A stretch of 64,000 bases of DNA from Octopus bimaculoides (Eukaryota), in the NCBI RefSeq assembly GCF_001194135.2, contig NC_068981.1, forward strand, positions 54,605,747 through 54,669,746. The letters are read 5' to 3'. Numbering within the stretch: position 1 is the first letter of the stretch; every line of letters begins with the position of its first letter. The translations under genes and the position numbers were made by a program. Of the stretch, positions 61,744-64,000 are shown in pieces. Below the pieces are notes generated by a model. It saw only the letters and a list, made by a program, of their open reading frames with translations. It did no database searches and was not told where the DNA came from.

Positions 61744-63617
61744 TTAAGTTTATTAACACTAACTTAACTAACAAACTGTTAAGCTGGTATCTTCAGTGTT
61801 TCAGATTACTATATACATTGAAGATTAGAATTAACAAAAACAGCTGTTACAAATATAATCAGTTAGTCAAATATATTTTGACTTTCCCCATCAACCTATT
61901 TGTCTTTCTTTTCAGGAAAAGTCCTTTGTGAGAGGCACACAGGACAATAATTAATACATTTACTGTAGTAAACATAAAAGAGTCTACTTAGAAATACTTA
62001 TGCAATGAAGAAAAGACAACATTAGCTCAATGACTAACAGTATTTTTAGTAATTTTGGTATGAGGTTACAACTGACAATTCTGCTTGCATTTCATATTTA
62101 TTAGAGCTCCTCAGTGGATAATAAATGTAGTGATGAGAGAAGCACTAAGCAGATGTACAATATTGAACAGGAGCAGCTGTGAAAATATAACTTATTTTAT
62201 GAAATATATTACTAAAGTTAACTATAGAGAGATGCCATTGTAGGTTGAAGTATTTAGGAATCAGTCCCAGACTTGCCATAATCTCTGCTTTGGCAGGATA
62301 TCACTTGTTTAGGTAGAACAATTGAAGGTTTTTCTATTGAAAAAAAAACAGACACACGAAGCAGCACACTTTATGGTGTTGCTGCTATGAATTTAAAAAA
62401 GAAGCTCAAATCACAAAAGTATCATAATCATTATTTTGACATTCACCTTTCTATGCTCACTTGGGTTGAAGAGAATTCATTGAAACAGATTTTCTACAGC
62501 TGGATGTCCTTTCTGTCACCAACCCTCACCTGTTTTCAAGTAAGGCAATATTCCTCCATGACAAAACATGTTTTATGAAAGATTAGAAATGAAGCTTGAT
62601 TGATGGTGACATTTGTTTATGCCTATCATGCATGGAAATAGTAATACACACAAACATATATGATAGGCTTCTTTCAGTTTCTGTTTACCAAATCCACTCA
62701 CAAACCTTTGGTTGATCCAGGGCTACACTAGAAAACACTAGCCTAAGTGCCACATAATGGCTGAACCTGAAACCTTGTGGTTGGAAAGCAAACTTCTTAC
62801 CACACAGCCATGCCTGCACCTAGTATCTATTTATAAAGTGTGAGTATCCAAAAATCTTAATTCAAGATGTTTTTCAGTACTCAAGAAGTTAAACTGTACA
62901 ATATGATATATTAAATACTTAAATCAATTGAAAGTGCAAATTTTGTTATTATTTATTCCATTGTTTTCCTATCCAAATATACAGGATACTCACTTTGACA
63001 TTAGTTTCTATCAAGGCAATGTTGTTGCCAAGATATGTAAAGTTTTAAAAGGATATAAAATTATCACTTCTCCTCACATTAACATCTATTTTATAAAAAT
63101 AATACTTTTTTGTGTTGACACAAGCTACAGGATCTGTTGAATGATATAAAAAATTGAGCACAAGTGAACTGAAAAAATAGCTGTTAATTAAAGGTATCAA
63201 AGATGATAGCAGAGAGATAACTCTGCTGATCTGCCTGTCAAGTAACTGGACAATGAGTAAGTATAAGCACTGTCTCAAGTTCTAGGACTCACAGGGCAGT
63301 TACCTGGTTTCCATGGTGTATAAATGGACAAGATCACAACATTCCTCTTGAACAGGATGCCAGTCTATTGTATGATTACTCATTTATAGCTGAGTGAACT
63401 GAAACAACATGAAATGAAGTGCTTTGTTCAAGAAAACAATGCATTGCTTCGTCCAGGAATCAAAATTAGAACTTTGCAATTGTGAATGCAACACCTTAAC
63501 CATTGTGCCTTCACTCAACAATGAGTGCTGGGTGAAAAAATCACAAGCTCTCAATGGGAGACAAGGTGAAGTCATGTCTCAGGATGCAATGCTTCTTAGA
63601 TAATATGCAATGCTTCT

Positions 63618-63778
<161 letters not shown>

Positions 63779-63945
63779 AATTAACTATGTATTGTACAAT
63801 AGATCTATTCAATCTATGTTATGAAAAAGCAGATGTTAAGCTAGTTAAACTACAATGATGGTAATGATGCTGTTGATGAAGCTGATGTGCTCAAAATAAC
63901 TTCCTGTAAACTGTAAATTGCATGCTTTGTCACATAACCACTTAC

Positions 63946-64000
63946 CCGTTTACCATTATAGTCACCTAGCCGGATAATTGGATGCTTAGTAAATGCTTTC
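63946..64000 (-). CDS. EOGT: EOGT exon (truncated by window edge)
   Basis: Translates KAFTKHPIIRLGDYNGKR followed by donor GTAAGT; resembles the EOGT segment NAFTDYDVIHLKTYDSKR as I recall it from human; phase 0 matches the next exon. Confidence 0.9.

Overview
This is AT-rich, repeat-dense eukaryotic DNA from a draft assembly with nine N-gaps. The SINE/RTE families, microsatellite density and gene content suggest a coleoid cephalopod, probably Octopus (inference). Two convergent spliced genes are supported. (1) Minus strand: the 3' nine exons of EOGT (EGF-domain O-GlcNAc transferase), from the window edge at 64000 to a stop at 48429. All GT-AG junctions and phases are consistent and the protein ends in the ER-retention-like motif KTEL. 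(2) Plus strand: an unnamed gene with exons 33045-33280, 33912-34027, 34911-35031 and 36580-36930, plus a possible signal-peptide exon at 27979-28036. It encodes a single-pass membrane protein with an extracellular chitin-binding type-2 (peritrophin-A) domain and a basic, then Tyr/Pro-rich, cytoplasmic tail. The rest is mostly decayed transposons: Tc1, mariner, hAT, piggyBac, Helitron, Gypsy, RTE and CR1/Jockey-like LINEs, a Penelope GIY-YIG fragment, several tRNA-derived SINE families and MITEs. Notable non-coding structures are minimal type-I hammerhead ribozyme motifs (23881; 31139 within a 196-nt retrozyme-like unit; decayed inverted copies at 56637-57000), a ~545-bp foldback at 32286-32831 and a perfect 23-bp hairpin at 39396-39461. 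No rRNA, true tRNA gene or CRISPR array was seen. All calls come from reading the sequence by eye; no database searches were run.
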